Shown: positions 27,402 to 37,750, numbered from the stretch's first letter. The stretch: 64,000 bases of DNA from a virus (IMGVR_UViG_3300019935_000001:36145-100144), one strand, 5' to 3'. Notes: generated from the letters alone by a model not told the origin. Translations and numbers: made by a program.

Positions 27402-29669
27402 ATGAGTCACACACATGGGAGACAAACTTTGACCATCAATGTAGTAAAACGCGATGGCCGTATTGAGCCGCTGGATCTGGAAAAGATACACCGCGTTTTG
27501 AATTGGGCGGCCCTGGGTCTGAACGTATCCGTATCTGAAGTAGAGCTGCGCTCCCAGCTGCAGTTCATGGACGGAATCAAAACTGAAGACATCCATGCAA
27601 CACTGATCAAAACCGCTGCAGATCTGATCTCCGAAGAGGCTCCGGACTACCAGTGGCTCGCTGCGCGTCTGAAGATTTACCACATGCGCAAGCAAGCGTT
27701 CGGTCGTTTCACTCCACCGCAGCTGATTAACCACGTACAGGACAATACCCGCAAGGGCCTGTATGACCCGCACCTGCTTGAAGACTATGACCTGCTGGAA
27801 TGGGCAGCGATGGAATCTATGCTCGACCACGAGCGCGACATGACCTTTGCATACGGTGCCACTGTACAGCTGCGTGAGAAGTACCTGGTTCAGAACCGTG
27901 TAACCGGTCAACTGTACGAAAGCCCGCAGATTGCATACATGCTGATTGCTGCTGCGCTGCACTCTAAAGAAGACAAAGCGGTTCGTATGCAGAAGATTCG
28001 CCGCTTCTATGACGCTGCATCAATGCACAAGCTGTCATTGCCGACACCGATCATGGCCGGTGTACGTACTCCGACCCGTCAGTTCAGCTCCTGCGTGAAG
28101 ATTGAGATTGGTGACAGTCTTGATTCTATCAACGGTGGCGTTGGCGCAATCGTGAAGTACATCAGCCAGCGGGCCGGTATTGGCATTGGTGCCGGTGCTC
28201 TGCGTGGTAAGGGTGCAGAGATCCGCAACGGCGAGGCGTATCATACTGGCGCCATCCCGTTCTACAAGCACTTCCAGACTGCTGTTAAGTCCTGCTCCCA
28301 GGGCGGTGTCCGCGGTGGCTCTGCTACAGTCTTCTACCCGCTGTGGACATGGGAAATTGAGTCTCTGCTGGTACTGAAGAACAACCGGGGCACCGAAGAG
28401 AACCGTGTTCGCCACGTTGACTACGGTGTTCAGTTGAACCGCCTGATGTACGACCGCCTGATCAATGGCGAAAATATCACCCTGTTCAGCATGGAGCAGG
28501 TGCCGGATCTACTGGGTGCCTTCTACGCAGATCAGCCTGAGTTCGAGCGCCTGTATGTTCAGTACGAAAACGACCCGGACGTTCGCAAGCATTCGGTGCC
28601 AGCAGTAGAGCTGTTCGGCAGCCTGGCGGCAGAGCGAGCACAAACTGGCCGAATCTACATTCAGAATATTGACCACTGTAATACCCACGGCGCATTCGAT
28701 CCGACGGTGGCACCGGTCAAACAGTCCAACCTGTGCATGGAGATTGCACTGCCTACCAAGCCGCTGGATGCGTTCGACATGAGCAAGGGCGAGATTGCCC
28801 TGTGTACCCTGTTGGCGTTCAACCTGGGTGCGCTTGAGAGCCTGGACGAGCTGGAGGACCTGTCAGAAATTGCAGTGAACGCCCTCGACAACCTGCTCGA
28901 CTATCAGAACTACCCACACCCGGCTGCTCTGCACGCCAAAGGCCGCCGTGCCCTGGGTATCGGTATTTCCAATTTCGCATACTACCTGGCAAAGAATGGC
29001 TGCAAGTACAGCGATGGCTCCGGTATCGATCTGACTCACCGCACTATGGAGGCAATTCAGTATTACCTGCTGAAAGCGTCCAACAAACTGGCAGAAGAGC
29101 GTGGCGCATGTGATTTGTTCCACGAGACACGCTATGCAAATGGCGAGCTGCCGATTGATCATTACCGCAAAGACCTGGATGAAGTCTGCAAAACACCACT
29201 GATGATGCCGTGGGAAGGTCTGCGCGCTGGCATTAAGCAGTTCGGTTTGCGCAACAGTACCTTGACAGCTCTCATGCCGTGCGAAACCTCGTCTCAGATC
29301 ACCAACTCCACCAATGGCATTGAGCCGCCGCGTGGCTTTGTGAGTGTGAAGAGCAGCAAGGATGGCACATTCAAGCAGGTGGTGCCGGAGTACGAGCGGC
29401 TAAAAGGCCAGTACGAGTTGCTGTGGGACATTCCGAACAACACCGGCTACCTGAATCTGGTTGCAGTAATGAGTAAGTTCGTGGATCAGGCTATTTCTGC
29501 GAACACCAACTATGACCCGAAGCGCTTCCCCGGTGAAAAGGTTCCGATGCGCGCCATCGTTGGCGACATTCTGGTCGCCTATAAGTACGGCGTTAAGAAC
29601 CTGTACTACCACAACACCCGCGATGGTGCCGGTGAAGAAGTAGACGCCTGCGATAACTGCAAAGTCTGA
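27402..29669 (+). CDS. nrdA: Ribonucleoside-diphosphate reductase class Ia alpha subunit
   Basis: Very high similarity to E. coli NrdA from the N-terminal ATP-cone onward (KRDGRIEPLDLEKIHRVLNWAA..VELRSQLQFMDGIKT). The true start may be the TTG at 27429, directly after the conserved leader. Confidence 0.9.
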   Translation: MSHTHGRQTLTINVVKRDGRIEPLDLEKIHRVLNWAALGLNVSVSEVELRSQLQFMDGIKTEDIHATLIKTAADLISEEAPDYQWLAARLKIYHMRKQAFGRFTPPQLINHVQDNTRKGLYDPHLLEDYDLLEWAAMESMLDHERDMTFAYGATVQLREKYLVQNRVTGQLYESPQIAYMLIAAALHSKEDKAVRMQKIRRFYDAASMHKLSLPTPIMAGVRTPTRQFSSCVKIEIGDSLDSINGGVGAIVKYISQRAGIGIGAGALRGKGAEIRNGEAYHTGAIPFYKHFQTAVKSCSQGGVRGGSATVFYPLWTWEIESLLVLKNNRGTEENRVRHVDYGVQLNRLMYDRLINGENITLFSMEQVPDLLGAFYADQPEFERLYVQYENDPDVRKHSVPAVELFGSLAAERAQTGRIYIQNIDHCNTHGAFDPTVAPVKQSNLCMEIALPTKPLDAFDMSKGEIALCTLLAFNLGALESLDELEDLSEIAVNALDNLLDYQNYPHPAALHAKGRRALGIGISNFAYYLAKNGCKYSDGSGIDLTHRTMEAIQYYLLKASNKLAEERGACDLFHETRYANGELPIDHYRKDLDEVCKTPLMMPWEGLRAGIKQFGLRNSTLTALMPCETSSQITNSTNGIEPPRGFVSVKSSKDGTFKQVVPEYERLKGQYELLWDIPNNTGYLNLVAVMSKFVDQAISANTNYDPKRFPGEKVPMRAIVGDILVAYKYGVKNLYYHNTRDGAGEEVDACDNCKV

Positions 29670-29722
29670 TAACAACTGGGGGGGGGGCTTAGCGCCCCCA
29701 CCTTCCACACTAGAGAAGATCA

Positions 29723-30835
29723 ATGACCAACTACAGCACATTTCCACGCACCCGCAACGACCAGCTGAACGAACCAATGTTCTTTGGTCAGAATGTGAAT
29801 GTGGCCCGCTATGACCAGCAGCGTTACCCGCAATTTGAGAAGCTGATTGAAAAGCAGCTGTCGTTCTTCTGGCGCCCTGAAGAGGTTGACCTGAGTATGG
29901 ATAGAAAGGACTTTCTTTCAATGCCAGCTCACGAGCAGCACATCTTCCTGAGCAACCTGAAGTACCAGATATTGCTGGATTCTGTTCAGGGGCGTTCACC
30001 GAATATTGCTCTGCTGCCGGTCGTTTCCCTGCCAGAGCTTGAGACATGGATCGAAACCTGGTCTTTCAGTGAGACAGTTCACAGTCGTTCATATACGCAC
30101 ATTGTCCGCAACGTTCTGGATCACCCGGATCAGGTCTTCAACGACATCGTTGAAAACGAGGAAATCATCCGCCGTGCTGAGGCTGTAACTGCCCACTACG
30201 ACACGTTCATCACCATGGTTCAGGAGTACCAGCTGAAGGGCAAACCGGCTGATCGCAATCTACGCCGCGCCCTAATGACACTAATGGCTTCCGTGTTCAT
30301 CTTGGAAGGTTTGCGCTTCTACGTCAGCTTTGCCTGCTCATTCTCCTTTGCCGAGCGAGCGGTGATGGAGGGTAACGCCAAGATCATCAAGCTGATTGCC
30401 CGCGATGAATCACTGCATAAGCAGGGCAATCAGTTCATGTTCCAGTTCTGGCGCTCAGGTCGCGACGACCCTGAAATGAAGTCGGTCTATGAGGAACTGA
30501 AGGCAGACGGCACCTTCGACCGCCTGTTCGATGATGCGGTAAAGGAGGAGACCGAGTGGGCCGATTACCTGTTCAAAGATGGCTCTATGATTGGCTTGTC
30601 TGCGCCTATTTTGAAGTCCTACGTTGCACATATTGCGGACAACTGCCGTCGGCAGCTCGGCTTAGAGCGCCGTTACAATGGCGAGCATAATCCGCTGCCG
30701 TGGATGGGTGCGTGGCTGTACAGCGACAAGGTTCAGGTTGCGCCGCAGGAGACTGAGATCAGCTCATACCTGACCGGTGCCGTTGAGAACGACCTGAGTG
30801 AAGCTGACTTCAGCGGATTCTCCGTAAGCCTGTAA
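29723..30835 (+). CDS. nrdB: Ribonucleoside-diphosphate reductase class Ia beta subunit
   Basis: 370 aa, near-collinear with E. coli NrdB (EPMFFGQNVNVARYDQQRYPQFEKLIEKQLSFFWRPEEVD..). Confidence 0.9.
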   Translation: MTNYSTFPRTRNDQLNEPMFFGQNVNVARYDQQRYPQFEKLIEKQLSFFWRPEEVDLSMDRKDFLSMPAHEQHIFLSNLKYQILLDSVQGRSPNIALLPVVSLPELETWIETWSFSETVHSRSYTHIVRNVLDHPDQVFNDIVENEEIIRRAEAVTAHYDTFITMVQEYQLKGKPADRNLRRALMTLMASVFILEGLRFYVSFACSFSFAERAVMEGNAKIIKLIARDESLHKQGNQFMFQFWRSGRDDPEMKSVYEELKADGTFDRLFDDAVKEETEWADYLFKDGSMIGLSAPILKSYVAHIADNCRRQLGLERRYNGEHNPLPWMGAWLYSDKVQVAPQETEISSYLTGAVENDLSEADFSGFSVSL

Positions 30836-30890
30836 GTACCCTTTCTAAAAAACTTTGAAGCCCAGCGCTTAGTTGTTAGTATCTTCATTA

Positions 30891-30915
30891 GTAACTAAGC
30901 GCTGACTTACTAACT
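30891..30915. promoter_or_regulatory. Palindromic promoter/operator element variant (TAGTAACTAAGCGCTGACTTACTAA) inside an 11-bp-stem inverted repeat
   Basis: AGCGCTTAGTT ... AACTAAGCGCT inverted repeat plus CTGACTTAC half-site, 20-40 nt before the 30933 gene. Confidence 0.4.
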
Positions 30916-30932
30916 AAGACAGAAGAAAAATC

Positions 30933-31226
30933 ATGACTATCAACACACAACACCCTGACGAACTGGATCACATTATCGGCCAGATGCTGGACGAGAACAT
31001 GGGTCTGAGACGCCGACTGGCTTCAGCAGAGATCGCCGAAGAGGAGACACTTAATAAGCTGGTCCAGCTGCAGAAGCGCTACGACAGCGACACTCAGGGC
31101 CTGGCCGGTAGCGTTAATACTCTGGTGAACGAACTGAATGATCTGCGCGACAAGTTGGCTGTTGTGACTGCCCAGCGTGATGACGCTTTCCAGCAAATCT
31201 CCTTAATCGAAAGCACCGGAGCTTAA
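30933..31226 (+). CDS. Hypothetical coiled-coil protein
   Basis: 97 aa. Confidence 0.45.
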   Translation: MTINTQHPDELDHIIGQMLDENMGLRRRLASAEIAEEETLNKLVQLQKRYDSDTQGLAGSVNTLVNELNDLRDKLAVVTAQRDDAFQQISLIESTGA

Positions 31227-31228
31227 AC

Positions 31229-31549
31229 GTGAACCTCGAAGTAACCCCTTATTCCCTGATTGTTGTTCTTGTATGCGGAGCCCTGACCCTGGCGGCCTGG
31301 TACTCGGTTTACAAGGGTCGTATGAAGACCGCGATAGCGGTTGTCGTAGCGTGCCTGGTCTTCATGTGGGCGGCCCCGGTACGAATGACAGTCGATACCG
31401 ATGCAGTCAACGCACGAGCTGACCAGCAGATCATGCGTCAGCACAAAGAGAACCTGAAAGAACTGCCTCCTCGCATCGTTGTTGAGGAAGAGTCCTACGA
31501 AGAAATGCTGCGTCGCAAAGAGAAAGAAATCGCAGCGCCAACTGAATAA
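31229..31549 (+). CDS. Hypothetical membrane-anchored protein
   Basis: 106 aa. GTG start and N-terminal TM helix. Confidence 0.4.
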   Translation: MNLEVTPYSLIVVLVCGALTLAAWYSVYKGRMKTAIAVVVACLVFMWAAPVRMTVDTDAVNARADQQIMRQHKENLKELPPRIVVEEESYEEMLRRKEKEIAAPTE

Positions 31550-31573
31550 CCAACACACATAGAGATGACCACC

Positions 31574-32455
31574 ATGAAAAAGATTATTGCCCTGATTACC
31601 GTTGCCGCCACTGTAGCACTGGCAGGCTGCTCCCAGCCGGTTCCTCCTGCTCACAAAGGTAAGAAGCTAGATCCTACCGGCTATGCACCCGACATCTACC
31701 CGCCGGGCCGCGTCAACGGCTTTGGCCCGTTTTCACGGAGCCAGCTGATTTTGATCGAAACCGGCTCCCGCACCATGAAAGAGACAGTCACAGTGAAGCT
31801 GAAGGATCGTGCGGAGCTGACTTTTGATTTGCGCTTCCGTACTCGCATTGATGGCAGCGACACGGTGATTAACAGCATGTTCAACGACATCGTGCCGGTT
31901 AACAACCTGGTGACCCTGAACATGGTGTACGACACCTATGGCCGAATGATTGTCCGTAATAAGGCCCGTGAAGTGATCAACGATTACAGCCTGGAAGAGA
32001 TCAATCTGAACTACGACCGGATCAGCTCTGAAATGGCGATTGAGATTGAGAAATCGTTCAAGTCGATCCCACTAGAGATGTCTGATGTTGCCCTGGGCAA
32101 TATTCGTTGGCCTGAAGAGGTGACAGAGGCAATCAATGCCGCTCTGAAATCTAAGGCTGACATCGCCCGCATTGAGGCAGACAAGGCCAAAGAAATCGCC
32201 AGTGCACAATCACGAAAGGCCATTGCTGATGCTAACTACGCTGCCGACCAGTCCGAAGCTCGCTCTGTCCGTGACTACAACAAAACTGTGGGCGCCGGTA
32301 TCTCCGAGCAGTTCCTGCGATACAAGGCTCTGATGCTGCAGGAGAAGATGATTGCTCAGATGGGCAAGGACTCCGGCTCCAAGGTCGTCTACATGCCATA
32401 CGACGCTATGGGCACCATGGGTGCTCAAATGCAGATGTTCGGCAGCCAGAAGTAA
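31574..32455 (+). CDS. SPFH/band-7 (prohibitin-like) domain lipoprotein
   Basis: Start at MKKIIALITVAATVALAGCS (signal peptide plus lipobox LAGC) after the leader CACACATAGAGATGACC. SPFH-like central region with Ala/Gln-rich coiled-coil tail. Confidence 0.6.
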   Translation: MKKIIALITVAATVALAGCSQPVPPAHKGKKLDPTGYAPDIYPPGRVNGFGPFSRSQLILIETGSRTMKETVTVKLKDRAELTFDLRFRTRIDGSDTVINSMFNDIVPVNNLVTLNMVYDTYGRMIVRNKAREVINDYSLEEINLNYDRISSEMAIEIEKSFKSIPLEMSDVALGNIRWPEEVTEAINAALKSKADIARIEADKAKEIASAQSRKAIADANYAADQSEARSVRDYNKTVGAGISEQFLRYKALMLQEKMIAQMGKDSGSKVVYMPYDAMGTMGAQMQMFGSQK

Positions 32456-32545
32456 TACCCCTCGGGCGACCCCGGTCGCCCTCTTTCTGAAGCATCCGAA
32501 ACCGGGTGTTTCGAGAAAGAGAAAGACCACACACTGGAGACGACC

Positions 32546-33541
32546 ATGTTTGTTAAGAAATCAAGCCACCCCGACCACACGTATATGGCTATGGTTGAAC
32601 AGATCCTCACAGAGGGCGAAGTTCGAGAAGACCGCACAGGTACTGGCACCATTTCGTTGTTCGGCCCGCAGATGCAGTTCGACCTGCTCGATGGCTTCCC
32701 GCTGCTGACGACCAAAAAAGTGAGCTGGAAGAATATCTGGACTGAGCTGTTCTGGTTCCTGAAGGGCGACACCAACATCAAGTTCCTGAACGGTGAAGGC
32801 AACCACATCTGGGACGAGTGGACTAATGATGAAGGCGACCTCGGCCCTGTATACGGCGCGATGTGGCGTAACTGGCCAAGCGAGAATGGTCCGATAGATC
32901 AGATCAACCAGCTGATCAAAAACCTGCGTGATAACCCCCTGAGTCGCCGCCACGTTATCTCCGGCTGGAACCCGGCTCTGCTGCCAGACGAAAACGAAGA
33001 CCACGCTACAAACGTAGCCAACGGCCGCCAGGCTCTGCCGCCGTGTCACACGCTGTTCCAGTTCTACGTGCAGAAAATGAGCACAGCAGATCGCCTGCGC
33101 TACCTGAAAAACATGCTGGGTGTTGATCCGGAGGACTGCGAGCTGCTGAAGCAGGCCGGTGATGCCGCTATCAATCAGTGTGCCGATGAACATCTGGTTC
33201 CGACTCAAAAGCTGAACTGCAAGCTGTACCAGCGCAGCGCCGACATGTTCCTGGGTGTGCCGTACAACATTGGCAGCTATGCAATGCTGACCGGCCTGAT
33301 CGCAGAGATGTGTGACATGGGCCCGGGCAACTTTATCCCTTCTTTTGGTGATGCCCATGTGTACAGCAACCATATCGAGCAGCTGCACACTCAGGCCAAG
33401 CGCTCTGCGAAGCACCTGCCGTTCCTGGATATTGATGAACGTGTTCGTGGCTATGAGTCTATCGACGAGCTGCGCCTGGACGATCTGCGTGTTGTTGGCT
33501 ACCAGAGCCATCCGGCCATCAAAGGGGCAGTTGCTGTATGA
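32546..33541 (+). CDS. thyA: Thymidylate synthase (ThyA family, with roughly 50-aa small-domain insert)
   Basis: DRTGTGTISLFGPQMQFDL, PPCHTLFQFYV (catalytic Cys), LYQRSADMFLGVPYNIGSYA (Asn retained, implying dUMP specificity). The insert sits where L. casei-type TS carries one. Confidence 0.85.
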   Translation: MFVKKSSHPDHTYMAMVEQILTEGEVREDRTGTGTISLFGPQMQFDLLDGFPLLTTKKVSWKNIWTELFWFLKGDTNIKFLNGEGNHIWDEWTNDEGDLGPVYGAMWRNWPSENGPIDQINQLIKNLRDNPLSRRHVISGWNPALLPDENEDHATNVANGRQALPPCHTLFQFYVQKMSTADRLRYLKNMLGVDPEDCELLKQAGDAAINQCADEHLVPTQKLNCKLYQRSADMFLGVPYNIGSYAMLTGLIAEMCDMGPGNFIPSFGDAHVYSNHIEQLHTQAKRSAKHLPFLDIDERVRGYESIDELRLDDLRVVGYQSHPAIKGAVAV

Positions 33542-34098
33542 ACGTAACAGCCATGGCTGCGGTCGGGCCGAACTGGGAGCTGGGGTTCAAAGGGGATCTC
33601 ATTTACCGGAACAGCGATGACCTGATGATGTTCAAGGCATTCACGATGGGCAAGGTTGTTGTGGTTGGTCGCAAAACCTATGAGTCGATGCCACCGCTGA
33701 AGGGCCGGACAGTTATCTGTCTGACCCGAAGCAAGAGCGTTCAGCCAAAGCAGGATGGTGATCTGATTCTGCGCACACGCCGGGGCGGTAAGTCGCCTTG
33801 GCCGCAGATCAAAAAGATTGCTGAACGGGCAGGGCAGGATGTTGTTGTAGCTGGCGGTGCAGAGATCTATGCACTGATGGCCCAGAACGTCACCAGTTTG
33901 CTTCTGACGCTGTTTTCAGATGGTGCGACATACGCTGACACCTATTTCCCAAAAGACGCCTACAGTGAGCTGCTGGCGTTTAACAGCTCCAAATACATAT
34001 GGGGCGATCAAAGCGACGAGATCTATGCGACTCAGCTTTTTGAAAAGGGCCTGACAACTCAGCGGGCCACCGAATTACTTCAACCGATCTACTTTTGA
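33538..34098 (+). CDS. Dihydrofolate reductase
   Basis: 186 aa. ATGA overlap with thyA. MAAVGPNWELGFKGDLIYR..VVVGRKTYESMP is a DHFR-like N-terminus. The thyA-DHFR pairing matches T4 td-frd. Confidence 0.75.
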   Translation: MNVTAMAAVGPNWELGFKGDLIYRNSDDLMMFKAFTMGKVVVVGRKTYESMPPLKGRTVICLTRSKSVQPKQDGDLILRTRRGGKSPWPQIKKIAERAGQDVVVAGGAEIYALMAQNVTSLLLTLFSDGATYADTYFPKDAYSELLAFNSSKYIWGDQSDEIYATQLFEKGLTTQRATELLQPIYF

Positions 34099-34110
34099 GA
34101 GACAAACGAC

Positions 34111-34683
34111 ATGGCACGTAGCAAAGCCGATAGCTTCAACATGGTTAACGAGTTCCACACGCTGGCAGATCAACCGGTCGCAGGCAAAGGTGCTGCACAG
34201 ATCCCGGATCTTCGAGCGGTTCGATTCCGTGAGCACTTCAAGATAGAGGAGCTGATTGAAGGTCTTGAGGCTCTGACGGCAAAGGGTAGCGTAACTGCCC
34301 AGCGCACGATTGACCTGCTGCGCCAGGCACAGAGCAAATGGATGGAGCTGCAGGAAAGTGATCTCGATGTGGATCTGGTTGAGTACGCTGATAGCCTTGG
34401 TGATCTGCGATACGTTACGGACGGTGCGGCGCACTATTACAACATCGACATGAACAAGGTGATGCCGGCCATCCACACTGGCAACATGACCCGGTTCCCG
34501 CGCAACGAAGAAGAGCTGGCTGCAACTCTGCAGAAGGCTGAAGAGATGGGCGTAGAGGTCGATCACCACCTCTCCGAGGAACACGGTGTGTATGTTGTGA
34601 CCCGCAGAGACACCGGCAAAGTCTTCAAAAACGCAATGCACACGCTGCCAGACCTGACACCTATCCTGGGGGTTAATGGCTAA
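34111..34683 (+). CDS. MazG-like nucleoside triphosphate pyrophosphohydrolase (all-alpha NTP-PPase)
   Basis: EFH..LR..F..EELIEGLEAL ... DSLGDLRYVTDGAAHYYNID fits the MazG/HisE-like EExxE...D..Y pattern. Confidence 0.5.
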   Translation: MARSKADSFNMVNEFHTLADQPVAGKGAAQIPDLRAVRFREHFKIEELIEGLEALTAKGSVTAQRTIDLLRQAQSKWMELQESDLDVDLVEYADSLGDLRYVTDGAAHYYNIDMNKVMPAIHTGNMTRFPRNEEELAATLQKAEEMGVEVDHHLSEEHGVYVVTRRDTGKVFKNAMHTLPDLTPILGVNG

Positions 34684-35288
34684 TGGGTTTAGGACTCGCA
34701 GGTACGCATCGAACCGGCAAGACGACTCTGGCAAAGGCCGTAGCTGAAAAGCTCGGCCTTCCCTTCCTGCAGTCAGAGGTCGCCGGTGTACTGGATGACA
34801 TGGGTATTAGTGCAGACCAGCAGATGGACTTCAGAACACGAATGAAGGCCCAGTTTGCGATTCTGGAGCATCACTCAAAGCTATGGCGTGAAAGCCCCAC
34901 CTTCGTGGCGGACAGAACACCTCTGTGCTTCATGATGTACACGCTTTCAGACATTCAGCCGCAGGGTTGGGATCAGAGCGTTCTGGAGGATTATGTAGAG
35001 TCGTGCTTTCAGGTTGCCAACCGTCACTTCTCTACCATCGTCCTGCTGCAACCCGGCATCCCGGTTGTTAAAGCGAGCAAGAACACCGGGCGTCTCAGTG
35101 AGGCTCTGATGTTCAAACAGAACTATTTGGCCAAGGGACTCCTGTCAGACGAGCGCCTGTTGGCCAAAGCCAGTTTCATTCGGGAGAGCCTGATCGACCT
35201 GGAGAGCCGGGTCGATGCAGTCAGCGCCATGTACGCTGAGGACAGGAAGTTGGCCGCGATTTTCAGTACCCAACAAATTCTTCATTGA
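34683..35288 (+). CDS. P-loop NTPase, putative (deoxy)nucleotide kinase
   Basis: 201 aa. Walker A GTHRTGKTT. Located in the nucleotide-metabolism cluster. Confidence 0.5.
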   Translation: MGLGLAGTHRTGKTTLAKAVAEKLGLPFLQSEVAGVLDDMGISADQQMDFRTRMKAQFAILEHHSKLWRESPTFVADRTPLCFMMYTLSDIQPQGWDQSVLEDYVESCFQVANRHFSTIVLLQPGIPVVKASKNTGRLSEALMFKQNYLAKGLLSDERLLAKASFIRESLIDLESRVDAVSAMYAEDRKLAAIFSTQQILH

Positions 35289-35329
35289 CATCCATAGCTT
35301 ACTTATTGAGACACCAGTATCTGATCTTT

Positions 35330-35353
35330 AGAATGCTTTATATAAGTAAGCTA
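35330..35353. promoter_or_regulatory. Palindromic promoter/operator element (TATATAAGTAAGCTATTACTTACC)
   Basis: Family member located 35 nt upstream of the 35388 gene. Confidence 0.45.
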
Positions 35354-35387
35354 TTACTTACCAATACACGCATAGCAGAGATAAATC

Positions 35388-35837
35388 ATGACCGCACAAG
35401 CTATATGGGATGTACCGGATGTCGGCGAGGAGCTGAATAGGAAGGTGCTGGAGACGCTCGACTATCTGGAAAAGAAGAAGAGCAGCGGGGAAATACTGGA
35501 GCGGGACTTCTGTGTTGCCCTGCTAACGCTCAATCAAGTCGCTCTGGGCCTGTACGACCGGGATCTTGCGGAGTGGGTTAGCACGTACCTTTCTGAGAAT
35601 GGGCGTGTACTGAAGCCGATCACCGCCCGCCGTGTATTCGCAGCACCGGCTGCCACCTTTGTCGTTGAATACGAAACAGGCTCTGCTGAGCTGAGAATCT
35701 TCCGGGTTCAGGATGGCGCAGTGAAGCTGCTGAAGCACCTGGATTCATCTGACCAGATAGACGGCATCCGCATCGCCCATAGCAAGTACGTTCGCACAGT
35801 GCGGGAACTTTCAGACAAATATACGGAGGTTCGATAA
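35388..35837 (+). CDS. Hypothetical protein
   Basis: 149 aa. Confidence 0.5.
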   Translation: MTAQAIWDVPDVGEELNRKVLETLDYLEKKKSSGEILERDFCVALLTLNQVALGLYDRDLAEWVSTYLSENGRVLKPITARRVFAAPAATFVVEYETGSAELRIFRVQDGAVKLLKHLDSSDQIDGIRIAHSKYVRTVRELSDKYTEVR

Positions 35838-36448
35838 TGCGCGAACTGATTGTAAATGTTACCGATATTGAAACTACTGGCCTGAAGCAGGAAGACGGCC
35901 ATCGCATCATTGAGGTTGCGATGGCCCTGCTGAAGATCCAGTTCAACGACGACAACACCTTTGCTGGCTATAAGCGAGTAGGCAAAACCTGGTGTCAGCG
36001 AATCAATCCGTGCCGGAACATCGATGCAGCTGCACAGGCTGTTCACGGTATCAGCTTATCGAGTCTGCGCGGCGAGCCGGTCTGGGAAGATGTAGCCGGG
36101 CGTGTTGCAAAGATCCTGGCGGCGAGTGATGTCGCGGTGGCTCACAATGTTGAGTTTGATATGCCGTTCATTGCTCTGGAGCTGGTACGCATTGGCCAAG
36201 AGATCCCGGACTTCGAAACCTTCTGTACTTTGGAAGGCGGGCGATCTGCTACGGGCCTGGGCACAGTACCTAGCCTGCAGAAGCTATGTTGGGCCATGGG
36301 TGTGCCGTACAACCCGGATGAAGCCCACGCTGCTGATTACGATGTGGACTGCACAGTTGATGCGCTGGTCAAGGGTTTGAATCTGGGATACTTCAGCTTC
36401 GCTGATGTCCTGAACGAAAAGTATGGTGAAGCCAGTGCTGAAGTTTGA
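35837..36448 (+). CDS. DnaQ-like 3'-5' exonuclease (DEDDh, PolIII epsilon-like)
   Basis: Exo I DIETTGL, Exo II AHNVEFDMPF, Exo III HAADYDVDCTVDAL. Confidence 0.8.
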   Translation: MRELIVNVTDIETTGLKQEDGHRIIEVAMALLKIQFNDDNTFAGYKRVGKTWCQRINPCRNIDAAAQAVHGISLSSLRGEPVWEDVAGRVAKILAASDVAVAHNVEFDMPFIALELVRIGQEIPDFETFCTLEGGRSATGLGTVPSLQKLCWAMGVPYNPDEAHAADYDVDCTVDALVKGLNLGYFSFADVLNEKYGEASAEV

Positions 36449-36479
36449 AAGCCGCCGGGGCAGTTACCTGAATAACTGG

Positions 36480-36683
36480 ATGAGCTATTTGGGCCTTTGC
36501 TTCATGATGCCGCTAATGATCAGCAAGATCATTAGCTACGGACGCCAGGCTGGCGGAATGACCGGAGCGCTCAAGGGCATTTTGGCTGCGATTGTTGTTC
36601 TGGCTCTTTTGCCAACGATTTACCTTGCTATGGCTATTCTGGGGAAAGCCCCCAAGGAGCCTAAACGAAAGATGCCTGTTTAG
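36480..36683 (+). CDS. Small membrane protein (two TM helices)
   Basis: Start chosen at the internal ATG after the dnaQ-like stop. Weak RBS. Confidence 0.35.
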   Translation: MSYLGLCFMMPLMISKIISYGRQAGGMTGALKGILAAIVVLALLPTIYLAMAILGKAPKEPKRKMPV

Positions 36684-36761
36684 GCTTCGATCAGGTAATT
36701 GTAAAAGCAGTAATTTGGGGCGATAATGCACGGAGATTCAGATCGTTTGGTCACGGTTTGT

Positions 36762-36800
36762 CTCTATGTGTGTGGCGCGGCTCTTCGGGGTCGCGCCTTT
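36762..36800 (+). terminator. Rho-independent terminator
   Basis: GC-rich hairpin GGCGCGGCTCTTCGGGGTCGCGCC followed by TTTTATTT. Confidence 0.6.
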
Positions 36801-36828
36801 TATTTGCCCGTAGCACACTGGAGACGCC

Positions 36829-37470
36829 ATGACGACCCTTCTCAAAATGACCCACCCGTCACTCCGACAGCTTAAAAAGAGCCGCCCGGAGCTAAACGGT
36901 AAAATGCTCGGGCGCGGATCTTTTACCGTCGTTTACCCGCGTGACCAGCATTCTGTCTGGAAGCTGAGCATTGACCCCTATAACTACGGCCTAGCCACCA
37001 GTGACCTGAATCGTCAATCCGAGCATTTCATTGGCGCTGTAGATAATCGTGGCATTGTCGGCTATCTGGAAGAGCTGCCGATCTACCTGTACGCCGTTGA
37101 GCGCCTGTATCCGGTTAAGGACTGCAAGATCACCAATCACCTGGTTAAGGACTTCAGCAGGCGGTATGAGGTCGGCTCATTGCTCGATTGCCCGCGCCAT
37201 CCTCGTGATGACCATGCCGGGATAGCTCAGGGTATGGCACAGAACATGAGCACGCCTGGCAGTCTGCGCCATGCAATGACCCTACTGCACCGGTACATCA
37301 TGGACAACGACTGCTCCCTTGATCTCGGGAACCGGGCTAACTTTATGCGCCACCCGGACGGCCGCCTCATTCTCAGCGATCCGATCTATCACGAGACAAT
37401 GCTGGATGAATACATGGAGATTCTGAACCCGCCTGGGGATGAACTGTTCGACGACGAGAACTGGATATGA
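36829..37470 (+). CDS. Hypothetical protein
   Basis: 213 aa. Leader GCACACTGGAGACGCC before the ATG. Confidence 0.5.
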   Translation: MTTLLKMTHPSLRQLKKSRPELNGKMLGRGSFTVVYPRDQHSVWKLSIDPYNYGLATSDLNRQSEHFIGAVDNRGIVGYLEELPIYLYAVERLYPVKDCKITNHLVKDFSRRYEVGSLLDCPRHPRDDHAGIAQGMAQNMSTPGSLRHAMTLLHRYIMDNDCSLDLGNRANFMRHPDGRLILSDPIYHETMLDEYMEILNPPGDELFDDENWI

Positions 37471-37637
37471 ACCTGATCGATGCTGAGATCCTGAAGATCC
37501 TGCGTGAGCCTTATCACCGGTACTCGCACTGGTTCGTAGAGGCTGAGGTCACTGCATATGGTGTGAACTCCGAGACAACCTTGATGTTCAAAACTGAGGG
37601 CCGCGCAAAGGCTTGCAAGGTGGGTGATCAGGTTCAA
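37467..37637 (+). CDS. Hypothetical small protein (56 aa)
   Basis: ATGA overlap with the upstream gene. Not in the ORF track because it is under 60 aa. Confidence 0.35.
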
Positions 37638-37750
37638 ATCTGATCACCACGCGCCAACCGAGATTCACCATAGTCAGATCTCTATCATGTGCAACATCTG
37701 CTGAGCAACGAAGCAAACAGTAGCACTATGCACACATAGAGGATTGAAAG

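Noticed and set aside
32546-33541. Possibility that the extra ~50 aa in ThyA represents a group I intron, as in T4 td
   Set aside because: The insertion is in-frame, protein-like, and lies at the position where L. casei-type thymidylate synthases naturally carry a small-domain insert. No intron-like structured RNA features or frame disruption were seen.
37590-37640. tRNA-like T-arm (GGTTCAAATC flanked by TGATCA) at about 37596-37620
   Set aside because: The stem and loop lengths are non-canonical (7-bp stem with 8-nt loop, or 6-bp stem with 10-nt loop). No acceptor, D or anticodon arms could be built. The sequence is better explained as the 3' end of a 56-aa coupled ORF (37467-37637).
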